From Alphaproteobacteria bacterium UBA6149 (GTDB lineage: Bacteria; Pseudomonadota; Alphaproteobacteria; Rickettsiales; UBA998), in contig DIUV01000045.1 in assembly GCA_002423155.1 (NCBI GenBank), positions 3,276-67,275 of the forward strand: a DNA stretch of 64,000 nt, written 5' to 3'. Made by a program: the position numbers and the translations under genes. This document shows, piece by piece, positions 9,888 through 19,364 of the stretch. The notes beneath the pieces are model-generated. The model did no database searches, had not been told where the DNA came from, and was given only the letters and a program-made list of their open reading frames with translations. Within the stretch, counting starts at the first letter, position 1. The number at the start of each line of letters is the position of its first letter.

Positions 9888-10376
9888 TCAATGCGCGTGC
9901 GGATAATCACAATGTTTACCATGCCCATCGGCTAATTCACCCGCGGTTTTCGCGCCAAAATGGCTAGAAGCATGCTCTTCTAATTCATGATGAAAAATAT
10001 CCTGCATGTGATGATGGAAACTCGGTAAATTAATCACCCCCCCATTTTTATATAAACCAGCGACAAAACTTTGAATTTCACTGCGCACATTATGTAATAT
10101 TTTGTTCCATCTACTGGGGTCAACACGCATCTGGCGATTATTTTTATCTAAATTACCCAGCACTTGCCGCATTAACTCTTCAACTAAATGATGGTTGTTA
10201 TCTTGCCTATCATCAGCAATCAGGTTCGCCTCAGCCGCCTCCCCAAGCAAGCCAATCAATATATCACGCTCAGAACGAACATCACCAATAGCTGCACAAT
10301 GCGCTTCCATAACATTTCCCATTCTATGTTCTTGTGTATTCATCATATTGTAACTATACGCCAAAAAATCCACCAA
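9888..10376 (-). CDS. Hypothetical His-rich protein
   Basis: A long ORF with His clusters (SFHHHMQDIFHHELEEH, DGHGKHCDYPHAH). I recognise no family. The start is uncertain. Confidence 0.4.
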   Translation of the reverse strand: MVDFLAYSYNMMNTQEHRMGNVMEAHCAAIGDVRSERDILIGLLGEAAEANLIADDRQDNNHHLVEELMRQVLGNLDKNNRQMRVDPSRWNKILHNVRSEIQSFVAGLYKNGGVINLPSFHHHMQDIFHHELEEHASSHFGAKTAGELADGHGKHCDYPHAH

Positions 10377-10400
10377 TAGTGTGACAATTTAATGAAATCA

Positions 10401-13400
10401 TTACTTAGCCACTTTCTCCTTTTCATCAAAAACATCAAACAAGCCCCGCAAAAACCCCGGAGTCAGCAAAGAGAGGGGATTAATCATCACGCTCGGATCG
10501 GCGGATTTTCCTTTCATCGAATAATTCGCCGCAAAGACACCGCCGCCTTTACCAACCAATAAATTACCCAACACCGGAATATTTCCTAATATAGAATTCG
10601 CGGTGTAAGCAGGAACTAAAGTACCGCGTATATCCATATTTTCTGCTACGCCAAAGGGAATAATTTTACCCTCAGCAGTAATACCAATTTCACTACCATA
10701 AGCCTTGCTTTCTTTTAGCAGCAGTAAATTATTACCAAACTCAATATTGGCAGAAAGTTTCTTAAACCACACACCCTGCCCCGTCAAAATATCCAATAAA
10801 CCGCTCAAAGATGCAAGAGTAAAAAGTCGAGCAAATACAGGGCTTTTCAGCACACGGAAATCTTCAATCAGCATTTTTCCTTGCAACAGATTATCTACAA
10901 ATTTCCCGTTAAAATTCAGTTTTCCACCTTCTAAATGGTCATTTACATTAAACGCCTTCATCACCCCACCAGCATCTTCAGAACGCATAGTAACTTCGCG
11001 TTTGCCATCGCTAGAACTCAGATTAAATATAAAAGGTTTGCCGCTAACTGTCTGAGCACTTATACGACTTTGCGTGCAATGTTCTTTACCACAATTGATG
11101 CTGGCAGTTAAATTCTTCAACTCCCGACCTTCAGCAAAGCGAATTTTTTCTAAATTAACATCCAGCTTTAAGTTACTGAATTTGTCTAAAGGATTCTCAT
11201 TTGCGCTATCTTTATTCGCAACCGACAAATCCAGAGTTTTACCGCGCAAACTAATATCTGACACCCCATTACTCGCCAAACTATAAGTCAACGCAATATC
11301 ATTATCACCTTGTTTTAAATGGTCTAGCTGCAAATAAGTCATCACCCCATCAACCTGGCGATTACGCGCCGAACCACTAGCTTGCAAACCAGCAATATCA
11401 AATTTAAAACTCTCAATATTATCCTCAGCTAAACCACCAGAATTCATCAAAACATCCAATGTTCCTGCGCTACCCACTGGTTTTTTCCAACCCAACACTG
11501 CAAAATTAACCTCAGCTGCCTGCAAATCCAATTTTGCTTTAGTTTTACTCAACTTACGCCCATCTTTTGCCGCAGATTCTTCCACATGCGCTTCTACCCC
11601 GGCAGTTCCACTTAACCATTCAGGTCTATTCAAGCCAAAATCCGCAAAACGGCTAGCAGGAATATCTATCTGCAAATCATAAGTAGTTTTACCAGCCTTA
11701 CCCATTTGCAAATTAACCTCCAAATTAGCTGGCAAGCCATTCAGCACCAAATCGGAGGCAAAATTCAGTTCTTTATCATCCGCATCCAATTCTCCATCCA
11801 ACCCACTAATCCGCCATTTACCCAAAATATTTTCCTGCGCAAGATTTGTAAGCTGTGCAGTTATTTTATATTTCAAATATTTTTCAGTATCTTCCAGTTT
11901 AATGCCCAAATCTTCTGGATATAAGGGAAAATCAAAAAATAATTTTCCTTGCACCGCGCCACTGATTTTTTGCTCATTTAGTTGCAAATCTTTACCAATT
12001 CCCAATCTTTTATTATTAGCAATTGCCGCCACTTCATTTGCAGGAGCGGCCACCTCAAAATCCACCTGCATGGGCACCCCGGTTTTTAAGGCATTGAAAT
12101 CAGGTATATTAATCTTCGCCTTACTAACCTTAGTAGCTTGCAACAACGAGCCAGATTGAATATCCACCGCCATAGCAGTTCCCGTAAAATGCACCTTCCC
12201 ATTAACCGCATTCAGTTCAGGCAACCCCTCTAAATAACGCACCACCCCATCTTGCAAAGTTAAATCCGCACTAATAAAACTACTGGGCAAGAAGGGTGCA
12301 GCCAAATCCTCGGCACGCAAATTAATATCCGCTTTTGCTTCGGTAATTTTGCCCTTCGTAATATTACTCACCACCCAACTTCTGGTTAAGGGCGATAATG
12401 TCAACGGCCAAAAATCATTTATTTTATCCATACTCATGCCAGCAATATTAGCTTTGCCAACAAAATTCCCCTGATTATAATCTCCCAACAAGTTAATCTG
12501 CACTTCTTGGGTGGAAGATATTTTAGAATTTAATTGCAAATTCTCTATTTTATTTTCCGAGAAATTACGCAACGAGCTAAGCTGTAAAGTAAATTTATCC
12601 ACCGAAATTGGCTGGGGAAGAATCATCCGATTTTCATATTTTCCAGCCTCCCCACTAGATTTAAGCAAAAATTTATCCACCCCACTGCTACTCAAAACAA
12701 AATCCGCATCCGCATTTAACAATAAATTCAATCCATCCAGGCTAGAAAAACGATTATCCAATTGAGCCAGATAACTAATATCCAAGTTACTAATCCGCGC
12801 ATTACCCTGCGCCGCCCCCATAGGCAGAATTTTTATTTTACTATGCAACGAAGTTTCCGCCGATTGCAAAGCGCCCCCCACATTGCCCATTGAAAAACGT
12901 AAACTTAACTCAGCATCCAACTGTTTTTTATGTTTTTTCAAATCAATCCGCAACTCAGGAACCGATAATTTAAATAAAACAGCAGGATTCTTATCAACAA
13001 AATTAATCAGCGTCTTACCATCACGCAAAACCACCTCACGTAAGCCCGAACCAGCTAAAGCGCCAGCAATTTGCGCCAAATTAAAGGCCGATTTATCATC
13101 CGCCACCTTCACCTGCACAGAATTATCCGCATTAATAGCAATTTTTAATTCGGGTTTATCCACTTCCAAAGATTCAACTGCGATTTTGCCCACCAGCAAT
13201 TTAAGCAACCCCAAACCAATTTTAGTCTGCGGCAAAACCAGATTTTTTTGACCATCAGCATCCAATAAATTAACACTCCCCAAATCAACATCCAAAGTTT
13301 CATTGGAAATATTAACCCGAGCAATCAAATTTCCCACCTCCAAATGATAAGGAGCAATTTTCTTTTCTACCGCGCTCAGCAAATAAGGTTTTAACCAATC

Positions 13401-13541
13401 CACCTGCCGCGGCGCACTAGAAAACCACAATAAAGCGCCCATTAATGCGCCCAAAGGAATACAAAATACAAATAAGAACCACTTCTTATAGATATGCGAA
13501 CTCTTTCCCACCTCCAGACTATCATTAGATTTAAAGAGCAT
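10401..13541 (-). CDS. AsmA/YhdP-like large envelope protein (N-terminal TM anchor, AsmA-like C-terminal region)
   Basis: 1046 aa with a single N-terminal TM helix, a long beta-rich body, and a conserved C-terminal block (GTLVPAYTANSILGNIPVLGNLLVG...INPLSLLTPGFLRGLF) typical of the AsmA-like family. Confidence 0.7.
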   Translation of the reverse strand: MLFKSNDSLEVGKSSHIYKKWFLFVFCIPLGALMGALLWFSSAPRQVDWLKPYLLSAVEKKIAPYHLEVGNLIARVNISNETLDVDLGSVNLLDADGQKNLVLPQTKIGLGLLKLLVGKIAVESLEVDKPELKIAINADNSVQVKVADDKSAFNLAQIAGALAGSGLREVVLRDGKTLINFVDKNPAVLFKLSVPELRIDLKKHKKQLDAELSLRFSMGNVGGALQSAETSLHSKIKILPMGAAQGNARISNLDISYLAQLDNRFSSLDGLNLLLNADADFVLSSSGVDKFLLKSSGEAGKYENRMILPQPISVDKFTLQLSSLRNFSENKIENLQLNSKISSTQEVQINLLGDYNQGNFVGKANIAGMSMDKINDFWPLTLSPLTRSWVVSNITKGKITEAKADINLRAEDLAAPFLPSSFISADLTLQDGVVRYLEGLPELNAVNGKVHFTGTAMAVDIQSGSLLQATKVSKAKINIPDFNALKTGVPMQVDFEVAAPANEVAAIANNKRLGIGKDLQLNEQKISGAVQGKLFFDFPLYPEDLGIKLEDTEKYLKYKITAQLTNLAQENILGKWRISGLDGELDADDKELNFASDLVLNGLPANLEVNLQMGKAGKTTYDLQIDIPASRFADFGLNRPEWLSGTAGVEAHVEESAAKDGRKLSKTKAKLDLQAAEVNFAVLGWKKPVGSAGTLDVLMNSGGLAEDNIESFKFDIAGLQASGSARNRQVDGVMTYLQLDHLKQGDNDIALTYSLASNGVSDISLRGKTLDLSVANKDSANENPLDKFSNLKLDVNLEKIRFAEGRELKNLTASINCGKEHCTQSRISAQTVSGKPFIFNLSSSDGKREVTMRSEDAGGVMKAFNVNDHLEGGKLNFNGKFVDNLLQGKMLIEDFRVLKSPVFARLFTLASLSGLLDILTGQGVWFKKLSANIEFGNNLLLLKESKAYGSEIGITAEGKIIPFGVAENMDIRGTLVPAYTANSILGNIPVLGNLLVGKGGGVFAANYSMKGKSADPSVMINPLSLLTPGFLRGLFDVFDEKEKVAK

Positions 13542-13557
13542 ATATATTGCCTACTAA

Positions 13558-16440
13558 GTGTATTTAAAAAACCCTGCCATCATAAAAGCCATGCAAATTA
13601 TTATCAAACCTTATCTTCCCAATGAAGCTGCAACACAATATGAAAATTTGTTGAAAAAACTATCTCCACCACAGCAAGAGCCATTTCAAACCGCAAATTT
13701 ACATGATTTAAGCATCGCCATTTTCGGCAATTCACCATATCTAAGCGGACTAATTGAGCGCCACCCACAATTAGTCATTGATTTTTATGAACTTGGCATA
13801 GAAGAATGCGTAAAACAAGTATTTAACGAATTAGAAACCCCCAGCACTAGCCGCGATATGCTGATGCAAAAACTGCGCCTAGCAAAGCAAAAAATTGCCC
13901 TACTAGTAGCAATGGCGGATATTTCTTTGCAATGGAATGTCGCACAAGTCACCTTAGCTTTAAGCAATTTCGCCGCACTTTGCCTGCAACAAACCCTACA
14001 ATATCTAACTAAAATAGCCATCGAAACCCACGCGCTAGCGCCCGAAACCAGTGGGATCTTCATCCTTGGTTTAGGAAAACTCGGCGCCCAAACACTGAAT
14101 TACTCTAGTGATATTGATATTATCATCTTTTACGATGCCGACAAATTAGCCTATCAAGGCAAGCAATCTGCGCAAAATTTCATGAGCAAATTAGCGCAAG
14201 ACCTCACCAGTATCATGCAAGAACGCACAAGAGATGGCTATGTTTTCCGCACCGATTTACGCCTACGCCCCGATCCTGCCTCCACCCCCCCAGCGGTAAC
14301 CACCCGTGCAGCGATTATGTATTACGAAACCGTAGGACAAAACTGGGAACGTGCAGCTTTAATAAAAGCCAATCTAGTGGCAGGAGACGGCGCCACCGCG
14401 CAAGAATTTATGCAAGCAATTGCCCCCTTTATCTGGCGCAAACATTTAGATTTCGCCGCCATCAGCGATATTTTATCCATCAAGCGGCAAATGCGCGGAC
14501 ATTCAGAGGATGAAACCCTGAATATCTTCGGACATAACATAAAAACAGGGCGCGGCGGCATTCGCGAAATTGAGTTCTTTGCACAAATTCACCAGCTAAT
14601 CTGGGGCGGCAGACACCCCGAACTACGCCTACGCAACACGGTGGACACACTAGAAATGCTCGCCCAAACCAAAATGACTGCCGCAGAAGACATTGAAGCA
14701 CTGATAGATTCCTATTATTTCCTCCGCCATATAGAACACCGCCTGCAAATGATTGCCGACGCACAAACCCATACAATCCCCCAAACCGAAGCCGAATTAG
14801 AACATTTGAGCATATTTGCAGGCTTTCCTGACGCAGAGAGTTTCCGCAAGAAACTACTTTACCACTTAAAACGGGTGAATAAATTATACGCTGCCGCTTT
14901 CTGGCAATCCGCTCCCTTAGGTGGTAGTGGCAGCCTAGTTTTTACAGGAGTTGACCACGACCCCGAAACGCTGAATACTTTACGCACCATGGGTTTTATT
15001 GAAGTAGAACGCATCAGTTCCGCGGTGCAAGACTGGCACAAAGGACATCGCCGCTGCACACGCACCCCACGCTCACGTGCTCTACTCACCGAATTAGTGC
15101 CCGATTTATTACAAGCCTTAAGCCAAACCATCCACCCAGACACTGCCTTCGCGCAGTTTGACCAATTCATGCAACATTTACCAGCAGGCATCCAAATATT
15201 TTCGCTATTTACCTCACGCCCCGAACTTTTAAAATTAATTGCCGAAATCATGGGTAGTGCACCCGCCATGGGAGCCTTGCTAAGCAGTAATCCCCATTTG
15301 TTAGATGCAGTAATAACTGGCGGTTTTTACGAACCACTCGCCAATGAAAGCGCCTTACAAAAAGAATTAAACGAATTATTAGAACACGCACACGATGAAG
15401 AAGACGCACTGAATATCTTACACAGTTTCCGCAACGAAAAACAATTTCAAGCAGGAATACAATTGCTTAAAAAAATGGCAACTCCAGCCGAAATTGGCTT
15501 TTTCCTCTCACAACTCGCACAAATAATCTTACAGCAAGTGCGCGATATTATGACTCGCAGTTTTGAAAATATTTACGGCAAAATCAATGGTGATTTAGCC
15601 ATCATCATGATTGGGCGCTTAGGCAGCCAAGAAATGACTTTTCATTCGGATATGGATTTAATCTTTGTCTATCATTTAGAAGACGAAAACCAGATGTCTG
15701 GCGGAGAAAAACCCTTAAGCCCCAGCGCTTGGTTTAACCGCCTAGCCCAACGCATAGTCGGCGCCCTCACCGCAAAAACCAAACATGGCAGCCTGTATCC
15801 CGTAGATACACGCCTACGCCCCTTTGGCAAAGATGGCGCGCTGGCAGTTAGCTTTGCCGCTTATCAAAAATATTTGAGTGATTCAGCATGGACCTTTGAG
15901 TTCCTCGCTCTCACGCGTGCGCGCATCACCTGCCAAAACTCAAATTTCACCGAAAACCTCCAGCAACTTTTAAGAAAACAACTAAACCGCCCCCGTTCCC
16001 CAGCTCGCATCGCCGCCGCCATCCACGACATGCGCGAACGCCTAGCAAAAAGCCAACCACCAAAAAATGATTGGGATCTAAAACATATTACCGGCGGATT
16101 GATGGATATGGATTTTATCTGGCAATATTGGGTGATGATAAATTACGGCAAATGCCCAGAAATCATGGGACAAGGCTCGGAAGCTAGTTTTGCTATATTG
16201 GCGAATAAACAACTGATAGACCCAGAAATTTTATTTCAACTGCGCCAAGCACGCAGATTATTCTATGATTTATTAAGTTTTTTAAGATTATGTAATAATG
16301 GCTATTTGGAGGAGACCAACGCATCCGAAGGGCTGAAGCACACATTAGCAGATGCGATGGGGAAAGTGGATTTTATGCAGTTAAAAACAGAGATGCAAGC
16401 AGCGCGGGAGAAGGTGGTTAAGTTGGTAGAGGGGCTGTAG
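13558..16440 (+). CDS. glnE: Glutamine synthetase adenylyltransferase/adenylyl-removing enzyme
   Basis: 960 aa with duplicated nucleotidyltransferase domains (GKLGAQTLNYSSDIDIIIFY and GRLGSQEMTFHSDMDLIFVY; FRTDLRLRP and YPVDTRLRP). The start may instead be the ATG at 13591. Confidence 0.92.
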   Translation: MYLKNPAIIKAMQIIIKPYLPNEAATQYENLLKKLSPPQQEPFQTANLHDLSIAIFGNSPYLSGLIERHPQLVIDFYELGIEECVKQVFNELETPSTSRDMLMQKLRLAKQKIALLVAMADISLQWNVAQVTLALSNFAALCLQQTLQYLTKIAIETHALAPETSGIFILGLGKLGAQTLNYSSDIDIIIFYDADKLAYQGKQSAQNFMSKLAQDLTSIMQERTRDGYVFRTDLRLRPDPASTPPAVTTRAAIMYYETVGQNWERAALIKANLVAGDGATAQEFMQAIAPFIWRKHLDFAAISDILSIKRQMRGHSEDETLNIFGHNIKTGRGGIREIEFFAQIHQLIWGGRHPELRLRNTVDTLEMLAQTKMTAAEDIEALIDSYYFLRHIEHRLQMIADAQTHTIPQTEAELEHLSIFAGFPDAESFRKKLLYHLKRVNKLYAAAFWQSAPLGGSGSLVFTGVDHDPETLNTLRTMGFIEVERISSAVQDWHKGHRRCTRTPRSRALLTELVPDLLQALSQTIHPDTAFAQFDQFMQHLPAGIQIFSLFTSRPELLKLIAEIMGSAPAMGALLSSNPHLLDAVITGGFYEPLANESALQKELNELLEHAHDEEDALNILHSFRNEKQFQAGIQLLKKMATPAEIGFFLSQLAQIILQQVRDIMTRSFENIYGKINGDLAIIMIGRLGSQEMTFHSDMDLIFVYHLEDENQMSGGEKPLSPSAWFNRLAQRIVGALTAKTKHGSLYPVDTRLRPFGKDGALAVSFAAYQKYLSDSAWTFEFLALTRARITCQNSNFTENLQQLLRKQLNRPRSPARIAAAIHDMRERLAKSQPPKNDWDLKHITGGLMDMDFIWQYWVMINYGKCPEIMGQGSEASFAILANKQLIDPEILFQLRQARRLFYDLLSFLRLCNNGYLEETNASEGLKHTLADAMGKVDFMQLKTEMQAAREKVVKLVEGL

Positions 16441-16442
16441 AT

Positions 16443-16862
16443 TTAGCCCATTGCAAATCCTTGGCTTTGTCTTGGAGCTTGAGAAACAACATGAGCAGGA
16501 GCAGAAAAATCTCCATAATCATGAACAGACACATCATTACATTTAAAACCTGATAAATTTACGCCTGACAATGCTGTGTTCAAAGAACTATTTTCGGACA
16601 ATGAAGGAGAGCGCTCAACCTGCGGTGTCGCAGCAGCCTCAATTTTTGGACTAGCTGAAGGAGACAAACTATTATCTCCACCAAAAGATGGAAGACTGTC
16701 TTTTAGTACCGCAACTCCATCCTTAATAGAAGAGGTAACACTGCTCATAGCACCAGAAAGAGCCTCACCCCATTCAGCCAAAGACTCCCCTATGGGCTTA
16801 TCCCACCAACCCGGTTTTAATGCGCTAAGTATCATCATATCAACAACCTTTCTTTTCCACAC
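16443..16862 (-). CDS. Hypothetical Ser-rich protein
   Basis: An ORF only. It is low-complexity and Ser-rich, with no recognisable motif. It is convergent with glnE. Confidence 0.3.
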   Translation of the reverse strand: MWKRKVVDMMILSALKPGWWDKPIGESLAEWGEALSGAMSSVTSSIKDGVAVLKDSLPSFGGDNSLSPSASPKIEAAATPQVERSPSLSENSSLNTALSGVNLSGFKCNDVSVHDYGDFSAPAHVVSQAPRQSQGFAMG

Positions 16863-16902
16863 TTCTCTACTTAACTTTAATATAGCAAATTTTAACTAAT
16901 CT

Positions 16903-17733
16903 TTGTATGACAATTTGATGACAATTAACCAAAACCACATAAGCAAAAATTTCTCCCAAGCTGCCCACCAATATGATGCGCATGCCCATTTACAAAAACA
17001 GGTGGCAGAAAACTCCCTCTCCCTCTGGGAGAGGGTCGGGGTGAGGGAAGTATCTGCAAATTCGAATTCTTTCTTTGTGTTGAAGCTTCCCTCACCCCAG
17101 CCCTCTCCCAGAGGGAGAGGGAGTTTAGCCCTTGACCTGGGCTGTGGCACTGGTTATCTATCGCAGCTCCTACCAAAACAAAAAATCTACCAACTAGATA
17201 TATCCGAGAACATGTGCCGCCTTGCCCAGCGCAAAAACCCGAGCATCTGCGCGGATGCCCATACTTTGCCCTTTGCAAACGCCAGCTTTTCGCTAATATT
17301 TTCCTCCCTCTGCCTGCAATGGGCAATCAACAAACCGAAAACATTGGAAGAAATCTACCGCGTCCTCCAACCCAATGCCCACGCCATCATCAGCGTACTC
17401 GGCACCCAAACCTTGCAAGAACTCCGCCAAGCTTATACCTGCGCGCACATTCCCTCCCCCCTATTAAATTTTTTAACCTTAGAAGAATGGAGCAACCTAG
17501 CGCAGACGGCTGGTTTAAAAATCCTCACCCAACATAGCGAAATAATCACCCAAACCCATGAATCTCCGCTGGCACTGATGCGCTCATTAAAAAACATCGG
17601 CGCCAATACCCCAAGCATTACCATTAAAGGACTAAACGGACGCCAAACCTTGCGAAAAGTTGAAAATGCCTATATTGGTAAGCAAGCCAGCTTTGAAGTA
17701 ATTTATTTAGTCTTACAAAAATGCCCCCTCTAA
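16903..17733 (+). CDS. bioC: Malonyl-ACP O-methyltransferase (BioC-type SAM methyltransferase) carrying an in-frame repeat insertion
   Basis: ISKNFSQAAHQYDAHAHLQKQVAE, then the SAM motif LDLGCGTGYLSQLL. It overlaps bioD by 13 nt. Codons at about 17014-17123 derive from the family-A repeat (LSLWERVGVRE...PSPQPSPRGRGS). Confidence 0.8.
   Translation: MYDNLMTINQNHISKNFSQAAHQYDAHAHLQKQVAENSLSLWERVGVREVSANSNSFFVLKLPSPQPSPRGRGSLALDLGCGTGYLSQLLPKQKIYQLDISENMCRLAQRKNPSICADAHTLPFANASFSLIFSSLCLQWAINKPKTLEEIYRVLQPNAHAIISVLGTQTLQELRQAYTCAHIPSPLLNFLTLEEWSNLAQTAGLKILTQHSEIITQTHESPLALMRSLKNIGANTPSITIKGLNGRQTLRKVENAYIGKQASFEVIYLVLQKCPL
17014..17123. repeat. Family-A palindromic element inside bioC
   Basis: Arms at 17014-17050 and 17087-17123 are reverse complements of each other and near-identical to the arms at 3821-3980. 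Confidence 0.85.
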
Positions 17734-18551
17734 ACAGAAAATTTTTCATCAGCGCAACCGGCACGAATATGGGCAAAACCTTCGTCACCTGCCTATTAAC
17801 TCGCCAATTAATCGCTAGTGGCGAAAAAGTCCGCGCTATTAAACCAGTAATCAGCGGATTTTCCGAGCCAAGCACGAGCGATAGCGGACTTTTGCTTGCT
17901 GCCCAGAATCTATCTTCGCATGACTTAGAAAAAATCTCCCCTTGGCGTTTTGCTGCGCCCATCAGCCCCCACGCAGCAGACAGCGAAAAAACCATTTCCC
18001 TTGATAAACTAACCGCTTTTTGCCAACCCAAAACGCAAGAGATATTACTAATCGAAGGCGCAGGCGGAATCATGACCCCCCTCACCGACCATGCCACCAA
18101 TCTTGATTGGGCAAACGAACTAAACGCGCAAATAATATTAGTAATCGGCGATTATCTGGGAACTTTAAGCCACACGCTTACCGCTATAGAAGCCATAAAA
18201 ACCCGTAACTTACCCATAGCGGCAGTTATAATAAATCAATTTACCGCAAGTAGCCAACCAAAGCAAAGTAACCAATCGCTAATTTCATTATTTTTTTCAC
18301 AACACTTTCCGTTGTCATCCCGCCGCAGGGCGGGATCCATGCCTAACCACGAACTGTTCAGCCAATTGATTGACATGGATCCCGCCCTGCGGCGGGATGA
18401 CAACAAAGAATTTGGAGAAAAAAACATACCTGATAAATTTACCAATACCCGACAAACCTTACAAACTTTCCACCCCCAGATAAAATTTATGCTATTACCA
18501 AAAGCCACAAAAAATGTTAAGCTACCTGACTTAACAGGAATATGCACATGA
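17721..18551 (+). CDS. bioD: Dethiobiotin synthetase carrying an in-frame long-form repeat insertion
   Basis: The N-terminal P-loop is FFISATGTNMGKTFV, followed by LLIEGAGGIMTPL. At 276 aa it is about 60 aa longer than a typical BioD, and the excess maps to the family-B element at about 18260-18450. Confidence 0.8.
   Translation: MPPLNRKFFISATGTNMGKTFVTCLLTRQLIASGEKVRAIKPVISGFSEPSTSDSGLLLAAQNLSSHDLEKISPWRFAAPISPHAADSEKTISLDKLTAFCQPKTQEILLIEGAGGIMTPLTDHATNLDWANELNAQIILVIGDYLGTLSHTLTAIEAIKTRNLPIAAVIINQFTASSQPKQSNQSLISLFFSQHFPLSSRRRAGSMPNHELFSQLIDMDPALRRDDNKEFGEKNIPDKFTNTRQTLQTFHPQIKFMLLPKATKNVKLPDLTGICT
18260..18450. repeat. Family-B nested palindromic element (copy B1) inside bioD
   Basis: The core at 18311-18404 (gttgtcatcccgccgcagggcgggatccatgcc ... 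catggatcccgccctgcggcgggatgacaac) is a perfect-looking inverted repeat. The left flank (accaatcgctaatttcattattttttt) matches the outer arm of copies B3/B8/B9. The right outer arm is degenerate, so the boundaries are approximate. Confidence 0.75.
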
Positions 18552-19156
18552 AAGAACAGCTCGAAAAATTACTAAAATGGCAGCCTAAACCTCTGTTCAG
18601 CTCCCGCCCAATAGAAGATTCACAAACAGGCATGTATTATGCCAGCACCAATGACCGAGTTTTTGCTTCGGTAATTGATACTGCATGGACATCTTTTTTA
18701 TTATTACCTTTATTCAGCTGGTTAGACCAATTATTCTTCACAGGAATGGACGCATCACAATTTCTACTTAGCCTGAGCACCGCCCCCAGCGTGCAAGAAA
18801 AACTAGAAATAATCCAAAATAGCGGCGCTATTAACCGCATATTAGGCAATAATTTAATACAAACCACCATCTTATCCGCCATCATTTTAAGCCTATGGTT
18901 TTACGGCGGAACCACCCCGGGTAAGTGGCTATTAAAAATGCGCATAGTCGATGCAAAAACAGGTGCGGCTCCCTCACGCAAACAATTTATAAAAAGGCTC
19001 CTCGGCTACATCCCCTCCGCCTTATTTTTCATGCTGGGATTTTTCTGGATTAGCTGGGACAAAAAACGCCAAGGCTGGCATGACAAAATCGCCAACACGG
19101 TGGTAATTAAAGAAAAAAAATGGTCGCATCCAAGGAAAAAGTATCAGCAATTCTAA
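18542..19156 (+). CDS. RDD-family membrane protein
   Basis: The C-terminal half (GKWLLKMRIVDAKTGAAPSRKQFIKRLLGY...GWHDKIANTVVI) has the RDD-domain pattern with TM helices. It overlaps the bioD end. Confidence 0.7.
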   Translation: MHMKEQLEKLLKWQPKPLFSSRPIEDSQTGMYYASTNDRVFASVIDTAWTSFLLLPLFSWLDQLFFTGMDASQFLLSLSTAPSVQEKLEIIQNSGAINRILGNNLIQTTILSAIILSLWFYGGTTPGKWLLKMRIVDAKTGAAPSRKQFIKRLLGYIPSALFFMLGFFWISWDKKRQGWHDKIANTVVIKEKKWSHPRKKYQQF

Positions 19157-19332
19157 AACCATTTTTTATCCGCCAAAATATCCTTGTCATACCAGCGTAG
19201 GCTGGTATCCATGCCTATCCGCAAGAGAAATTTCTCAATAAATTATAGAATTCACCGTTATAGATAGGCATGGATACCGCCCTGCGGCGGTATGACAACG
19301 GATATTTTGGCGGATAAAAAATAGTTTTAGAA
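19151..19332. repeat. Family-B nested palindromic element (copy B2)
   Basis: The outer inverted repeat is ttctaaaaccattttttatccgccaaaatatcc (19151-19183) against ggatattttggcggataaaaaatagttttagaa (19300-19332). The inner core is gtcataccagcgtaggctggtatccatgcc / ggcatggataccgccctgcggcggtatgac. Confidence 0.85.
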
Positions 19333-19364
19333 TTGCTGAAAAAGTAGGGTTTAAAAAAGTAAGA

